A DNA stretch of 64,000 nucleotides. Origin: Candidatus Hydrogenedentota bacterium (GTDB lineage: Bacteria > Hydrogenedentota > Hydrogenedentia > Hydrogenedentales > SLHB01). The stretch is from the NCBI GenBank assembly GCA_963668025.2, contig CAXXTH010000010.1, positions 928,001 to 992,000 on the forward strand, read 5' to 3'. The notes beneath the pieces are model-generated. The model did not search any database. It saw only the letters and a program-made list of their open reading frames with translations, and had not been told where the DNA came from. Positions 30,816-40,171 of the stretch are shown one piece after another. Each line of letters begins with the position of its first letter. Position 1 is the stretch's first letter. Both the position numbers and the translations under genes were made by a program.

Positions 30816-31979
30816 ATGATGAGAGCAGGAAAGAGTAAAAAGGGCGGATTCACTCTAATCGAATTGTTGGTGGTGATCGCCATTATAGCGATTCTAGCGG
30901 CCATCCTATTACCCGCTTTGGCGCGTGCGCGCGAAGCGGCCCGAAGGGCCTCATGCCAGAGCAATCTCAAGCAATGGGGCATCATCTTCAAAATGTATGC
31001 GGGAGAGAACAAGAGCGCGTTCCCGAAGCCGGGCGAATGGGTGATCGAGGGGAAACTAGCCAGGGGAAAGATAAGTGGGAGCATCAGCCCCATGGGCGTT
31101 GATTCGGTGAGCCTGTATCCGGATTACTGGAATGATCCCAGCATCATGATTTGCCCTTCGGACAACCGTTCTCCATCACAAGATTATACCCAGAGAGACG
31201 CCGTGGCGACGGCCGTGGGGGATGTGGGAATCGAAGAAGACATCGTGGCGCAGATCAAAGAGCTGAATGAGGTTACCACCGATCGTAATTTGGCGAAAGT
31301 AGCCGTTAATGCGGTGCTTTCCCATCCTGTTTCCTACATCTATATGCCCTATGCGGTGAAAACGCCCACCCAATTCCATTTTGTGGAGTATTCGCTGCGA
31401 GGCTGGACCTGGTATGCGAGTGTTATCGGCGGAACTGTTTCGTCCGATTATCCCACGCAAGACCCAATCTTATATGCAGGTGAAGTAACTGCGTTATCGG
31501 TGTGGCCTTCGCAATGGGGGACGTTGGGTTATATTAAAGGCCGTGGTTCTGTGGATATTCCCATGGGGATATACACGCAGAATAAATTATACGATACTGG
31601 CGGTGTTGCGCTACCGGGCAGCATTCCTCGATTGAAGGAAGGCGTCGAGCGCTTCTTCATCACTGATATCAACAATCCTGCAGCGGGAGCTATAGGGCAG
31701 AGCAGCCTGGTGGTCATGGTGGATGCCTGGGGCACGCAACTAGGGCAAACCATCACCGCAGCAGCCGGAAGCGGGGTCACGGTCTTTAATCATCTGCCGG
31801 GCGGCGCGAACGTATTGGCGATGGACGGCCATGTCGAGTTTATTCGGTACAAGACCGTTTCCGACGCCACGACACTCAATGGGCTGGCGTGGGCGTGCTG
31901 TGGTATCACTAATCAGGTGGGCAATTGCCGGGATGTCGGATTCAGCACGTATATGGCGTGTGCGGGCGGGCAAAACTAA
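30816..31979 (+). CDS. Prepilin-type N-terminal cleavage/methylation protein (DUF1559 / H-X9-DG family)
   Basis: KKGG^[42 protein letters not shown]; ICPSD; [19 protein letters not shown]. Confidence 0.93.
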   Translation: MMRAGKSKKGGFTLIELLVVIAIIAILAAILLPALARAREAARRASCQSNLKQWGIIFKMYAGENKSAFPKPGEWVIEGKLARGKISGSISPMGVDSVSLYPDYWNDPSIMICPSDNRSPSQDYTQRDAVATAVGDVGIEEDIVAQIKELNEVTTDRNLAKVAVNAVLSHPVSYIYMPYAVKTPTQFHFVEYSLRGWTWYASVIGGTVSSDYPTQDPILYAGEVTALSVWPSQWGTLGYIKGRGSVDIPMGIYTQNKLYDTGGVALPGSIPRLKEGVERFFITDINNPAAGAIGQSSLVVMVDAWGTQLGQTITAAAGSGVTVFNHLPGGANVLAMDGHVEFIRYKTVSDATTLNGLAWACCGITNQVGNCRDVGFSTYMACAGGQN

Positions 31980-32091
31980 TCCGCTGCTCCGCCAGATATT
32001 GGCGGACTGATCGACGATGAAGCGCAGAGCGGCGGGAAACATGCCGCGTTTCCCGCCGCGTCAATCGTGGAACTCAAATGAGGTAAGCCGC

Positions 32092-33369
32092 GTGTTGTGC
32101 AAAGCCCATAATCGAAGCGCTTTCTTTAAGCTATATGTCCTTATCTGTATAACCGTATATTGCGCCGCATGCGCCGCCGAAGAAGTCTCGATAGATTTTT
32201 GGAATGGTTTCACCAGCCGCGATGGGAAATATCTGCAAGCGATTGTGAACCGTTTTAATGAAGAGCAGGCGGGGCGCATCCATGTGAATATGTGCGTGAT
32301 GCCGTGGGCGGATTTCTATAGCAAGCTATCGCTGGCCCTGCGCAGCCTTCGCGGGCCGGATGTGGGCCTGGTCCATTATGACTCGATGAGCACGGTGATC
32401 GAGCAAGGTATTGTCCTAGATATGACGCCGTATTTGGACCGGTTTCCGATGGATGATTACCTGCCCGTGGCGCGGCAAATCAGTTTCAAAGATGGCAAAC
32501 AATACGGAATTCCACTGGATTTTCATCCTTTTGTCTTCTATTGGAATAAAAATATTTTCGAAAAGATAGGGCTGGATCCCGAAAAGCCGCCGCAATCGCG
32601 TGCGGAGTTTCTTGATGTCTGTAAAAAAGTCAAAGATGCCCAATTGAAAGTAAATGGGGGAATTGTCCGGCCTTGCACGATGCCGACGGACTGGCCGAAT
32701 TACCTCATATGGCAGAGTATTTTCTTTTGCAATGGCGGGCATCTCTTTAATGAAACGTATGACGCCGCCCGGTTTGATTCGGAGGCGGGCGTGGATGCGC
32801 TTCAATTCATGTATGACCTCATCTTCAAGTATGGCTATTCGCCCACCAATACGACAGGCAATGAAGGCATGGACCAATTCAAGCGCGGGATGGCGGCGAT
32901 GGCGCTGGATGGGGTTTGGATGATGGCGACCTTCAAGGGCACTCCTGGCCTCCGGTTTGGCGCGTGTTCCATGATCAATCTGGGAACGAAGGAGCATGTC
33001 GTCATGACAGGCTCCCACACCATCGTCGCGTTTAAAAAACGGTGGCCGGATAAACGGAAGATCGAGGCGTCGGTCGTGTTCATGAAATATCTGAGCGACC
33101 TCAGCTTGGACCTCTTGAATGCCCACATGATTCCGGCGAGGCGTTCCCTCATCGCATCGGAAGCGTTCTTGTCTGATCCCTATATGGCTCCGCTGGCGCG
33201 GGATGTGGAGCGGTATGTGTTTCCCGACGCCAACTACCGGTATGGCGAAGGAGTGGGCGAGCTTCAACGAAGGCTGAACCTGGTTATCTTAAATAAAGAA
33301 ACCCCTGCGGAAGGATTACATGAAGCGGCGGATATCGCCACAAAAGCATTATCGCAGGATCCGGACTAA
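32092..33369 (+). CDS. Carbohydrate ABC transporter substrate-binding protein
   Basis: FWNGFT..DG, GPDV, DGKQYGIP, YWNK, DGVW; start probably GTG at 32092 after GAGG. Confidence 0.88.
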   Translation: MLCKAHNRSAFFKLYVLICITVYCAACAAEEVSIDFWNGFTSRDGKYLQAIVNRFNEEQAGRIHVNMCVMPWADFYSKLSLALRSLRGPDVGLVHYDSMSTVIEQGIVLDMTPYLDRFPMDDYLPVARQISFKDGKQYGIPLDFHPFVFYWNKNIFEKIGLDPEKPPQSRAEFLDVCKKVKDAQLKVNGGIVRPCTMPTDWPNYLIWQSIFFCNGGHLFNETYDAARFDSEAGVDALQFMYDLIFKYGYSPTNTTGNEGMDQFKRGMAAMALDGVWMMATFKGTPGLRFGACSMINLGTKEHVVMTGSHTIVAFKKRWPDKRKIEASVVFMKYLSDLSLDLLNAHMIPARRSLIASEAFLSDPYMAPLARDVERYVFPDANYRYGEGVGELQRRLNLVILNKETPAEGLHEAADIATKALSQDPD

Positions 33370-33372
33370 CCT

Positions 33373-34263
33373 ATGAAACAACGTTTGACTCCATATCTTT
33401 ATATTGCGCCGCATGTGGTGTTTTTTACGGCCTTTATATTGGTTCCATTGGCGGGCGGCTTTTATATCAGCATGCACCGGTGGTCCATCGAGCATGGCCG
33501 GGAAGCCTTTGTGGGCTTGAAATACTACACCAGGCTTTTCGACAGCGACTTCACACGCGGCATTTTCTTCTGGAAATCGCTGTGGGTGTCGTGCCAGTTC
33601 ATTCTGTACTTCGTGCCGCCGCTGGTGGTGATCAGCCTGGCGCTGGCGCTGCTGCTGCACCATTGCAAAAGCAAAGGGCTTCGCATGGGTGCGCAATTCT
33701 GCATCTTAGCGCCGTCCGCGGTGGCCGTATCGGTGACGGCGGTTATCTGGCGCTGGATGCTCGGGTATGAAGCGGGCGTGGTGAATTATCTGCTGGAAGG
33801 CATCGGGATTGCGAAGATCCCTTGGATGGCGGATATTCCATGGGTATGGCTCTCGATAGTGATACCTACGCTTTGGATGGCTTGCGGATGGAGCATGGTG
33901 CTGTTCCTGGTGGGCCTCCAGACGATTCCGCAACAGTTGTATGAAGCGGTCGAGGTGGATGGAGCAAACGCCTTCCAGAAGTTCATTCATATCACGCTGC
34001 CGGGATTGCGTCCCATCACCGTGTTCATTGTGATTACGCAAATCATAGGGGCTTTTAGCTTGTTTGCCCAGCCGCAATTGATCACCAAGGGCGGGCCGGG
34101 AAACGCCACTACGCCCATCATGCTGTATTTGTATGGAGAGGCGTTCAACGGGAAATATCCCCGCGTAGGTTCGTCGGTGGCGATGGCGCTAGTGGCTGGG
34201 ATGGTCGTATTTTCGTTCGTGTCAGCCGTGTATCTCTTAGCGGGTAGAAGGAGGGATGCATAG
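33373..34263 (+). CDS. Carbohydrate ABC transporter permease (MalF-like)
   Basis: FVGLKYY, LYEAVEVDGA (EAA loop), ITLPGLRP. Confidence 0.93.
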   Translation: MKQRLTPYLYIAPHVVFFTAFILVPLAGGFYISMHRWSIEHGREAFVGLKYYTRLFDSDFTRGIFFWKSLWVSCQFILYFVPPLVVISLALALLLHHCKSKGLRMGAQFCILAPSAVAVSVTAVIWRWMLGYEAGVVNYLLEGIGIAKIPWMADIPWVWLSIVIPTLWMACGWSMVLFLVGLQTIPQQLYEAVEVDGANAFQKFIHITLPGLRPITVFIVITQIIGAFSLFAQPQLITKGGPGNATTPIMLYLYGEAFNGKYPRVGSSVAMALVAGMVVFSFVSAVYLLAGRRRDA

Positions 34264-34265
34264 GC

Positions 34266-35105
34266 ATGCGATTGCAACAAAAAACATTAGCGTGGGCGCG
34301 CGCCATGGCCATTATACTGCTCTGCTTGCTCTTTTTGTTCCCGGTGTATTGGGTGGCGATCACCTCATTCAAGCCGGAAGCGGAGACGATTGCGTGGCCT
34401 CCTAAACTATTGCCGCAGCCTTTCACGCTCGACAATTACCGCAATCTGCTGGGCGACATGACGGACACGCCCGTGCTGTTGTGGTTCCGAAACAGCTTGA
34501 TCGCCGCGACATGCTTTTCCTTGTTGTCCGTGACGATCAGCCTGCTGGCTGGCTACGCCGTGGCGCGGATGGAATTCGTGGGGAAAAAGCTCTATGTTTC
34601 GCTGCTGCTGTTCGCGATGGCGGTGCCGGGCATCATTCTGTTGTTTCCCTCTTTCATCGTGGTGGATGCGCTGGGGTGGCTCGATACGTTCTACGCCATT
34701 ATTTTGCCCCATTTGGCGGGTACGTTCGGCATTTTGCTGTTCGCCCAATTCCTGAAAAAATTTCCCCGCGATTTGGAGGAAGCCGCCTTTATCGATGGAG
34801 CGAATACACTGCAAGTGTTGTGGCATGTGATTTTCCCGCATGTGAAGCCCATTGCCTTGACGCTGGTGGTGCTCGGTTTCATGGGGAATTGGAACGATTA
34901 TTTCTGGCCGTTAATTGTGCTGTTTTCGCCGGGCATGCGCACCCTGCCGATTGGCATGGCGACCCTGCAAGGGCGGTATGAGCAGTTCTACGGCACCATG
35001 ACCGCAGGCGCCGCGATCATGGCGCTGCCTTCCATTTTATTGTTTGCTGGCATCATGAAGTATTACGTGCAAGCCATCAGTATGGCGGGCGCAATAAAGG
35101 AGTAG
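34266..35105 (+). CDS. Carbohydrate ABC transporter permease (MalG-like)
   Basis: FTLDNY, LEEAAFIDGA, WNDYFWP, TLPIG. Confidence 0.93.
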   Translation: MRLQQKTLAWARAMAIILLCLLFLFPVYWVAITSFKPEAETIAWPPKLLPQPFTLDNYRNLLGDMTDTPVLLWFRNSLIAATCFSLLSVTISLLAGYAVARMEFVGKKLYVSLLLFAMAVPGIILLFPSFIVVDALGWLDTFYAIILPHLAGTFGILLFAQFLKKFPRDLEEAAFIDGANTLQVLWHVIFPHVKPIALTLVVLGFMGNWNDYFWPLIVLFSPGMRTLPIGMATLQGRYEQFYGTMTAGAAIMALPSILLFAGIMKYYVQAISMAGAIKE

Positions 35106-35110
35106 GGGAT

Positions 35111-37903
35111 TTGAACTTAAAAAATGTATCGAGATGGCTGATTGTTTTTGGTGTGGCGGCATGCGGTTTCGGCTTCGCCGCTGAAACCCCGAACAGCGTA
35201 GGGCCCCTGCCCGCGCAGGCTAATTATGCCGTCTTTCCGGGCGAACAAGCCGTAGCGGCGTTTCAAATTCTTCATCCGGGTGAAGGTGAAGCCCAAGCGG
35301 CTGCCCGGCTCTATGTGTGGGATATGTCTGGGCGTTTGGTGGAAACACTGGATCAAACCGCTACTCTTCCCGCGAAGGGAGAGGCTACGGTCTTGTTCAA
35401 GCCAGCCATTCCCGATACGGGATACTATGACGCCCGGTGTGAGGTGCGCATCGGCGACACCGCGCTTAGCCCGGTGTCCATTTCATTTGTCCGGTTGCGG
35501 CAGGCGGGGCCTCGTGAGGGGGAATCTCGCTTCGGCATGTACAGTGCGGGCGATTGGTATACCTTGGAAGACCGCAAGCCGCTGGGATATTACCGCTATT
35601 TCGCCAAGACAGGTTCGCCATGGACCACCACGGATATGTGGTGGGGCGAGGCGCAGCCCAAGAAAAAAGGGCCATACGATTGGAGCCATTTCGACACGCG
35701 TTTCGCGGATTCTAAAGCAGCAGGGCTCAATATGCTGCCCCACTTGTTTGGCATTCCCTTATGGGCGACCTCGCATAAAGATTATAAAAAAGGCGACCGT
35801 TCGTCGGAATATGACGCCCAGTTATATGCGCCAGAAGAAGAATACTGGGAAGACTGGGGCGCGTTCGTGTACGCCTTTGTAGACCGCTACAAAGACGACT
35901 TGACCTACTTGCGCATCTGGAATGAGTTCGATACGGCCTATTGGCGGGGCACCATTCCTGAATTCGCCCGGTTATTGAAGATCGCCTATGAGCAAGCGCA
36001 CCGCGCCAAACCGGACATCAAAATCGTCATTGACATCTCCATGGCGCGTATCCCGGTATACCAGGCGTTGTGGCAGGCGGGCGGCGGTGATTATTGCGAC
36101 ATCATCAGCATTCACAATTACCAGCTCGATAAACTGCTGCCGCCGGAAGAAACCTCCTCTTTTGATGAATACCGGGCATTCGTGGAATGGAGGGATAAGA
36201 CGTGCCCAGGCAAGCCGGTGTGGGACAGCGAGATCTGCTGGCTGTCCGAGCCATGGAGCACGCCGGATTGGTACGGCCATGGCGAAGCCGCCCACGCGCA
36301 GTATACGGTGAGGGGCCTGCTGCTGGGATTCATGGCGGGAATGGAGAAGATGATCTATTTCCCCTACCACTCCTGGTTTATGGAACGGGAAGGCCTCTCC
36401 TATAGCCATGGCGGCGGCCTGGTGCGGCATGACCTCGATCCCCGCCCGGCATTTGCTTCCTATTACACCATGGTCGATATGCTGGCCGACGCCACGTTTG
36501 TGCGCCGGTTGGATGCTGGTTCTGATACCGCCTATCTCGCGGAGTTTAAAAGGGGAAATGGCTTTGTGACCGTGGCGTGGTCCACGGATGAAGCGGGCGA
36601 ATGGGCCACATTGTCGACACCTCAAGCAGAGGTGGACTCCGTGGCGATGCTGGGCCAAGACGAGAAACTCGTGACGCGCAATGGACTCCTGGGCATACCG
36701 TTGACGGGCAGCCCGGTGTATTTGAAGAGCGCGGAGCCATTCGGCGTGGCCTGCGATAAGGCCTTGTTGCATGGGCTAGAAGCTTCTTGGACGATAGGCG
36801 CAGCCGATGCCTCAAGCGCAGCACGTTCCGCCGCGTTGACGCTGGCGCAAACGGATGCGCGTTCGAAGCATGCCTATGTTTCGCTCGAATACGCAGGCGC
36901 TTCCGCAGCCGCCTTTGAAAAACGTATGGATGCCTTCCAAGGTCGTCCGGCGCAAGCGGAAGGCGAGATATGGCTGCCACGAAGCGCCGATTCGGGATTT
37001 GTGCAAGCCCATTGGCGCGTGCAAGAAGAAGGCTGCCCGCCGGTGCGTGTGCCGGTGCGTATTCCGGTAGAGGCTGTGAATCAGCCGGTGTGGCAAGCGG
37101 CTTCCGGGGAAGATACCACAGGCATGAGTCAAGCGCTGGCAGCGCCTGCTTCCGCGCAGGGCGTGTTTATCAGCTTGCCGAAACATCGCGCGTTTGATAT
37201 GAGCTGCAAGGGCCGCAATGGAGAAGAAACCTTCACGATAGCGGAGCAAAAAGGTGTATCCGATGTGGTGTGGCTGCCCATTAATAGGGAACTCCAGCAA
37301 GTGGAGGTTACGTTTAGCCAACTGTTGGTGGAGCCGTCCTTTGAATCCACCGCCAAATTGGCTTTCCCCCAACAGGGAAAGGCCCAGCTTGTCTGGGAAG
37401 ACGGCTCCGTACGCGATTACATGACTATCACCGGAAAGACGGCCCATTCGGGCGCAAAATCCATTGAAATGGCCGGATTGGGCGCGGGGCGCACTCGGCA
37501 TACCGATGAGATCACGAATGTCCAGCAGTTCATTCCGATAAAGCCTGATACATGGTATTCCGTATCCACATGGATGAAGATGCCGAAGACGGAAGATGGA
37601 CAGGGATGCTTGTTTGTCATCAGTGATTCCAAAGAAAAAGGAGTTCTGATGCCCCATACCTATTCCGTGCTGCCTGGCGTGGGAGAAGAGTGGCGTTACG
37701 TGCATGCCACAGTGCGCACCGAGCCATGGCAGAATTTCCTACGTATTTCAGTTTCCCTGCATGGAAATGGGCTGATGTATGTCGATGATGTGATGTGCAT
37801 CGAGGGCAAGCTGCCCACCGATGTGCCGCGTGTTCTGGATATGGCCGTAGTGGATGCGCAAGGCAAGTGGATCGCCTTACAGCCACAAACGAAACAGGAG
37901 TGA
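35111..37903 (+). CDS. Secreted clan GH-A (GH39/GH5-like) hydrolase with C-terminal CBM4/9-like domain
   Basis: Signal peptide; YDWSHFD, RIWNEFD acid/base, PVWDSE nucleophile, GLVR.D..PRPA; PSFE...AHSGAKS...YVDDV. Confidence 0.72.
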   Translation: MNLKNVSRWLIVFGVAACGFGFAAETPNSVGPLPAQANYAVFPGEQAVAAFQILHPGEGEAQAAARLYVWDMSGRLVETLDQTATLPAKGEATVLFKPAIPDTGYYDARCEVRIGDTALSPVSISFVRLRQAGPREGESRFGMYSAGDWYTLEDRKPLGYYRYFAKTGSPWTTTDMWWGEAQPKKKGPYDWSHFDTRFADSKAAGLNMLPHLFGIPLWATSHKDYKKGDRSSEYDAQLYAPEEEYWEDWGAFVYAFVDRYKDDLTYLRIWNEFDTAYWRGTIPEFARLLKIAYEQAHRAKPDIKIVIDISMARIPVYQALWQAGGGDYCDIISIHNYQLDKLLPPEETSSFDEYRAFVEWRDKTCPGKPVWDSEICWLSEPWSTPDWYGHGEAAHAQYTVRGLLLGFMAGMEKMIYFPYHSWFMEREGLSYSHGGGLVRHDLDPRPAFASYYTMVDMLADATFVRRLDAGSDTAYLAEFKRGNGFVTVAWSTDEAGEWATLSTPQAEVDSVAMLGQDEKLVTRNGLLGIPLTGSPVYLKSAEPFGVACDKALLHGLEASWTIGAADASSAARSAALTLAQTDARSKHAYVSLEYAGASAAAFEKRMDAFQGRPAQAEGEIWLPRSADSGFVQAHWRVQEEGCPPVRVPVRIPVEAVNQPVWQAASGEDTTGMSQALAAPASAQGVFISLPKHRAFDMSCKGRNGEETFTIAEQKGVSDVVWLPINRELQQVEVTFSQLLVEPSFESTAKLAFPQQGKAQLVWEDGSVRDYMTITGKTAHSGAKSIEMAGLGAGRTRHTDEITNVQQFIPIKPDTWYSVSTWMKMPKTEDGQGCLFVISDSKEKGVLMPHTYSVLPGVGEEWRYVHATVRTEPWQNFLRISVSLHGNGLMYVDDVMCIEGKLPTDVPRVLDMAVVDAQGKWIALQPQTKQE

Positions 37904-37909
37904 CAGCGC

Positions 37910-40171
37910 ATGCAGCGAGGCATGTTTCTTTTTACAGGAGTGTTTCTGATGGCGGGAATGGCGATAGCGTCTTCCATACCGATTACGCCAGCGAAGCAAG
38001 TCAAGCCGCGCGGCGAGATCGTGGACCGGATGAAGAAGGCGGTACAGGCGCTCGATGCGGCAACTACCGAAGATATCTGGAATGGTTTTTCCAAGGGCAT
38101 GTGGGGCGGCGACTGGCCGGGCCGCACGCTCGAAGCGTATTCGCGGGTGTCGCTGGCCCTGGGCGGGCCAGCATCCACTAGGTTTGATGAAGTGGGAAAA
38201 GGTTTGCTGTCGCATCTGACGGAAGAAGGCAAATTCGAGACGATCTTCAACGGCAATCCCCATGATTTCAGCAATGGCTTCTGGTTCGGGCAGTGCCGGG
38301 CCATTTTGGGCCTGGTGTGGGCCTACCACTACACCAACGACGAAGAATACAAAAATGCATCGGTGAAGGCGGCGGATTACATCGTGGCGCACTTTTTTGA
38401 TGAAGGCCAGCCCGGCGCACCGAGCCCCTTCTGGTGGGTGGCCACGGAGGCGCTGGGGGAAGTGCAACGCATCACCCAAGACAAGAAATACAGTGAATTC
38501 GCGTTGAAAATCGCCAGCACGATTCCTCCGGCCTCCGCGAATTTTTACGGCCTGCACACCCACTCGTATTTGCTCTCCCTTCGAGGATGTATGTACGCCC
38601 ATGAAACGCTGGGCGATCTGGGCGTGTTGAACAAAGTGCTGGAACAGCATGCCGTATTCCGCGACCGCATCATGTGGCCGGGCGGCGGCATCATCGAGCA
38701 CCTGGGCGGGCGCGGCTGGAATACGTTGAACTACTGGTTTGACGAAGGATGCAGCGTGGATGATTGGCTGGGCTTGAACCTGGATCTGTGGCGAACCACT
38801 GGCGATGCCAAATACATGGATATGGTCGAGCGCATCCATCTGAATCATTTCTATTTTGATCAAGACGCCGCAGGCGGATTCTGCGGAGACCGGGGAGTGG
38901 ACGCCACGCGGGAAGGTTCGCCGTGGCCGTTCTGCTGCTCGATGCACGGCACAAGCACTTTGGCGGAATTGACCCAGTATATCGCCAGCACGGACGGCGC
39001 GCGGGTGTGGGTCAATGTCTTTTTACCTGGAACGGTGACGCTGAAAACCAGCGGCCAGGAAGTGGCGCTTGACCTGGAAACGAAATACCCCGCGGATGGC
39101 AATTTGCATATTGCCGTGGGAGGCGCAGGTAAAGAAGCGTTCCCGCTGTATGTACGCGTGCCAGCTTGGAGCAAGGTGGAGGCGTACACCGTGAATGGCA
39201 AAGCCGTGACGCCTAGCTTCGATGGCGGGTATGCCGTGGTTCCCGTGCGGGTGGGCGATGCCGCCGATATCACGCTGGCGATGCCACTGCGTACGGAAGT
39301 GCGCAACCGTTTCATCGGCGATGGCCCGGATACGGATTATAGCCTCGTGAGCCTGTGGAAAGGCCCACGCCAGCTCGTATACGACCAGACCTTGAACAAT
39401 GGGTTGTGGGACGCTCGTACGGTGCGGCCTGGATTCCGGGAAATCTACGATACCTACGGAGAGATGACACGCGATCAATCTCTAAACAAGACCCCTCTCA
39501 AGATTGGTGAGAAGGAATACAAAAAAGGCTTGGGTGTGCGCTCGGTGAGTGAAATCGCCGTGGCGCTGAATGGCGAGTTCAAAGAATTTGTTTCTGATAT
39601 AGGAGTGGACGCCTGCACCGGCGGCAAAGGCGCGGTGCGTTTCAAGGCATGCGTGGATGGCGTGGTGAAGGGCGGGCAGGAGTCCAAAGCCAGCATAGGC
39701 GGAGCTTCCGACGAAAACATGGTTGAAGCCCTGTATGGATTCCAGGTGGCTTCCATGTCGGGAACGGTTCCGGCGAAAACCATTCGGCTGGATGTGAGCG
39801 GAGCGAAGTCGCTGCGCCTGATCGTCGATGACGCCGTCAATGGCCTGGAAGATGATGTGGCCGACTGGGGTGATGCGCGTTTGGTTAAAGAAGACGGCAC
39901 GGTGGTGTATCTCTCTGATTTGCCCGATAACCGCGCTGAAGGCATGCCCAGCAATTGGGGCGTTGTCACCCTGAAGCCGGTGGAGCCGGAAAAAGATGGC
40001 GTGGTGGCGCTGGAATATCAAATTGATGGAAAAACGTATCCGGTCCGTTTTCACTATCTGGCCGATTTGGGTCATGGCCTGATTGCCCATCGGCCCGTGC
40101 TGCGAAATTATCTGCAAGTAGATCCCAACTGGATGAACAACAACGTGAAGGATCCCTCGATTCATGAATAA
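37910..40171 (+). CDS. Secreted GH127/GH146-like hydrolase with NPCBM/NEW2 domain (paralog of 23864-26206)
   Basis: Shares WG.DWPGRTLE, HTHSYLLSLRG, MWPGGGIIEHLG, DEGCS, REGSPWPFCC and NPCBM blocks. Confidence 0.8.
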   Translation: MQRGMFLFTGVFLMAGMAIASSIPITPAKQVKPRGEIVDRMKKAVQALDAATTEDIWNGFSKGMWGGDWPGRTLEAYSRVSLALGGPASTRFDEVGKGLLSHLTEEGKFETIFNGNPHDFSNGFWFGQCRAILGLVWAYHYTNDEEYKNASVKAADYIVAHFFDEGQPGAPSPFWWVATEALGEVQRITQDKKYSEFALKIASTIPPASANFYGLHTHSYLLSLRGCMYAHETLGDLGVLNKVLEQHAVFRDRIMWPGGGIIEHLGGRGWNTLNYWFDEGCSVDDWLGLNLDLWRTTGDAKYMDMVERIHLNHFYFDQDAAGGFCGDRGVDATREGSPWPFCCSMHGTSTLAELTQYIASTDGARVWVNVFLPGTVTLKTSGQEVALDLETKYPADGNLHIAVGGAGKEAFPLYVRVPAWSKVEAYTVNGKAVTPSFDGGYAVVPVRVGDAADITLAMPLRTEVRNRFIGDGPDTDYSLVSLWKGPRQLVYDQTLNNGLWDARTVRPGFREIYDTYGEMTRDQSLNKTPLKIGEKEYKKGLGVRSVSEIAVALNGEFKEFVSDIGVDACTGGKGAVRFKACVDGVVKGGQESKASIGGASDENMVEALYGFQVASMSGTVPAKTIRLDVSGAKSLRLIVDDAVNGLEDDVADWGDARLVKEDGTVVYLSDLPDNRAEGMPSNWGVVTLKPVEPEKDGVVALEYQIDGKTYPVRFHYLADLGHGLIAHRPVLRNYLQVDPNWMNNNVKDPSIHE

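Noticed and set aside
32092-35105. ABC transporter lacking an ATPase gene
   Set aside because: Common for CUT1 sugar transporters that share an MsmX/MalK-type ATPase encoded elsewhere
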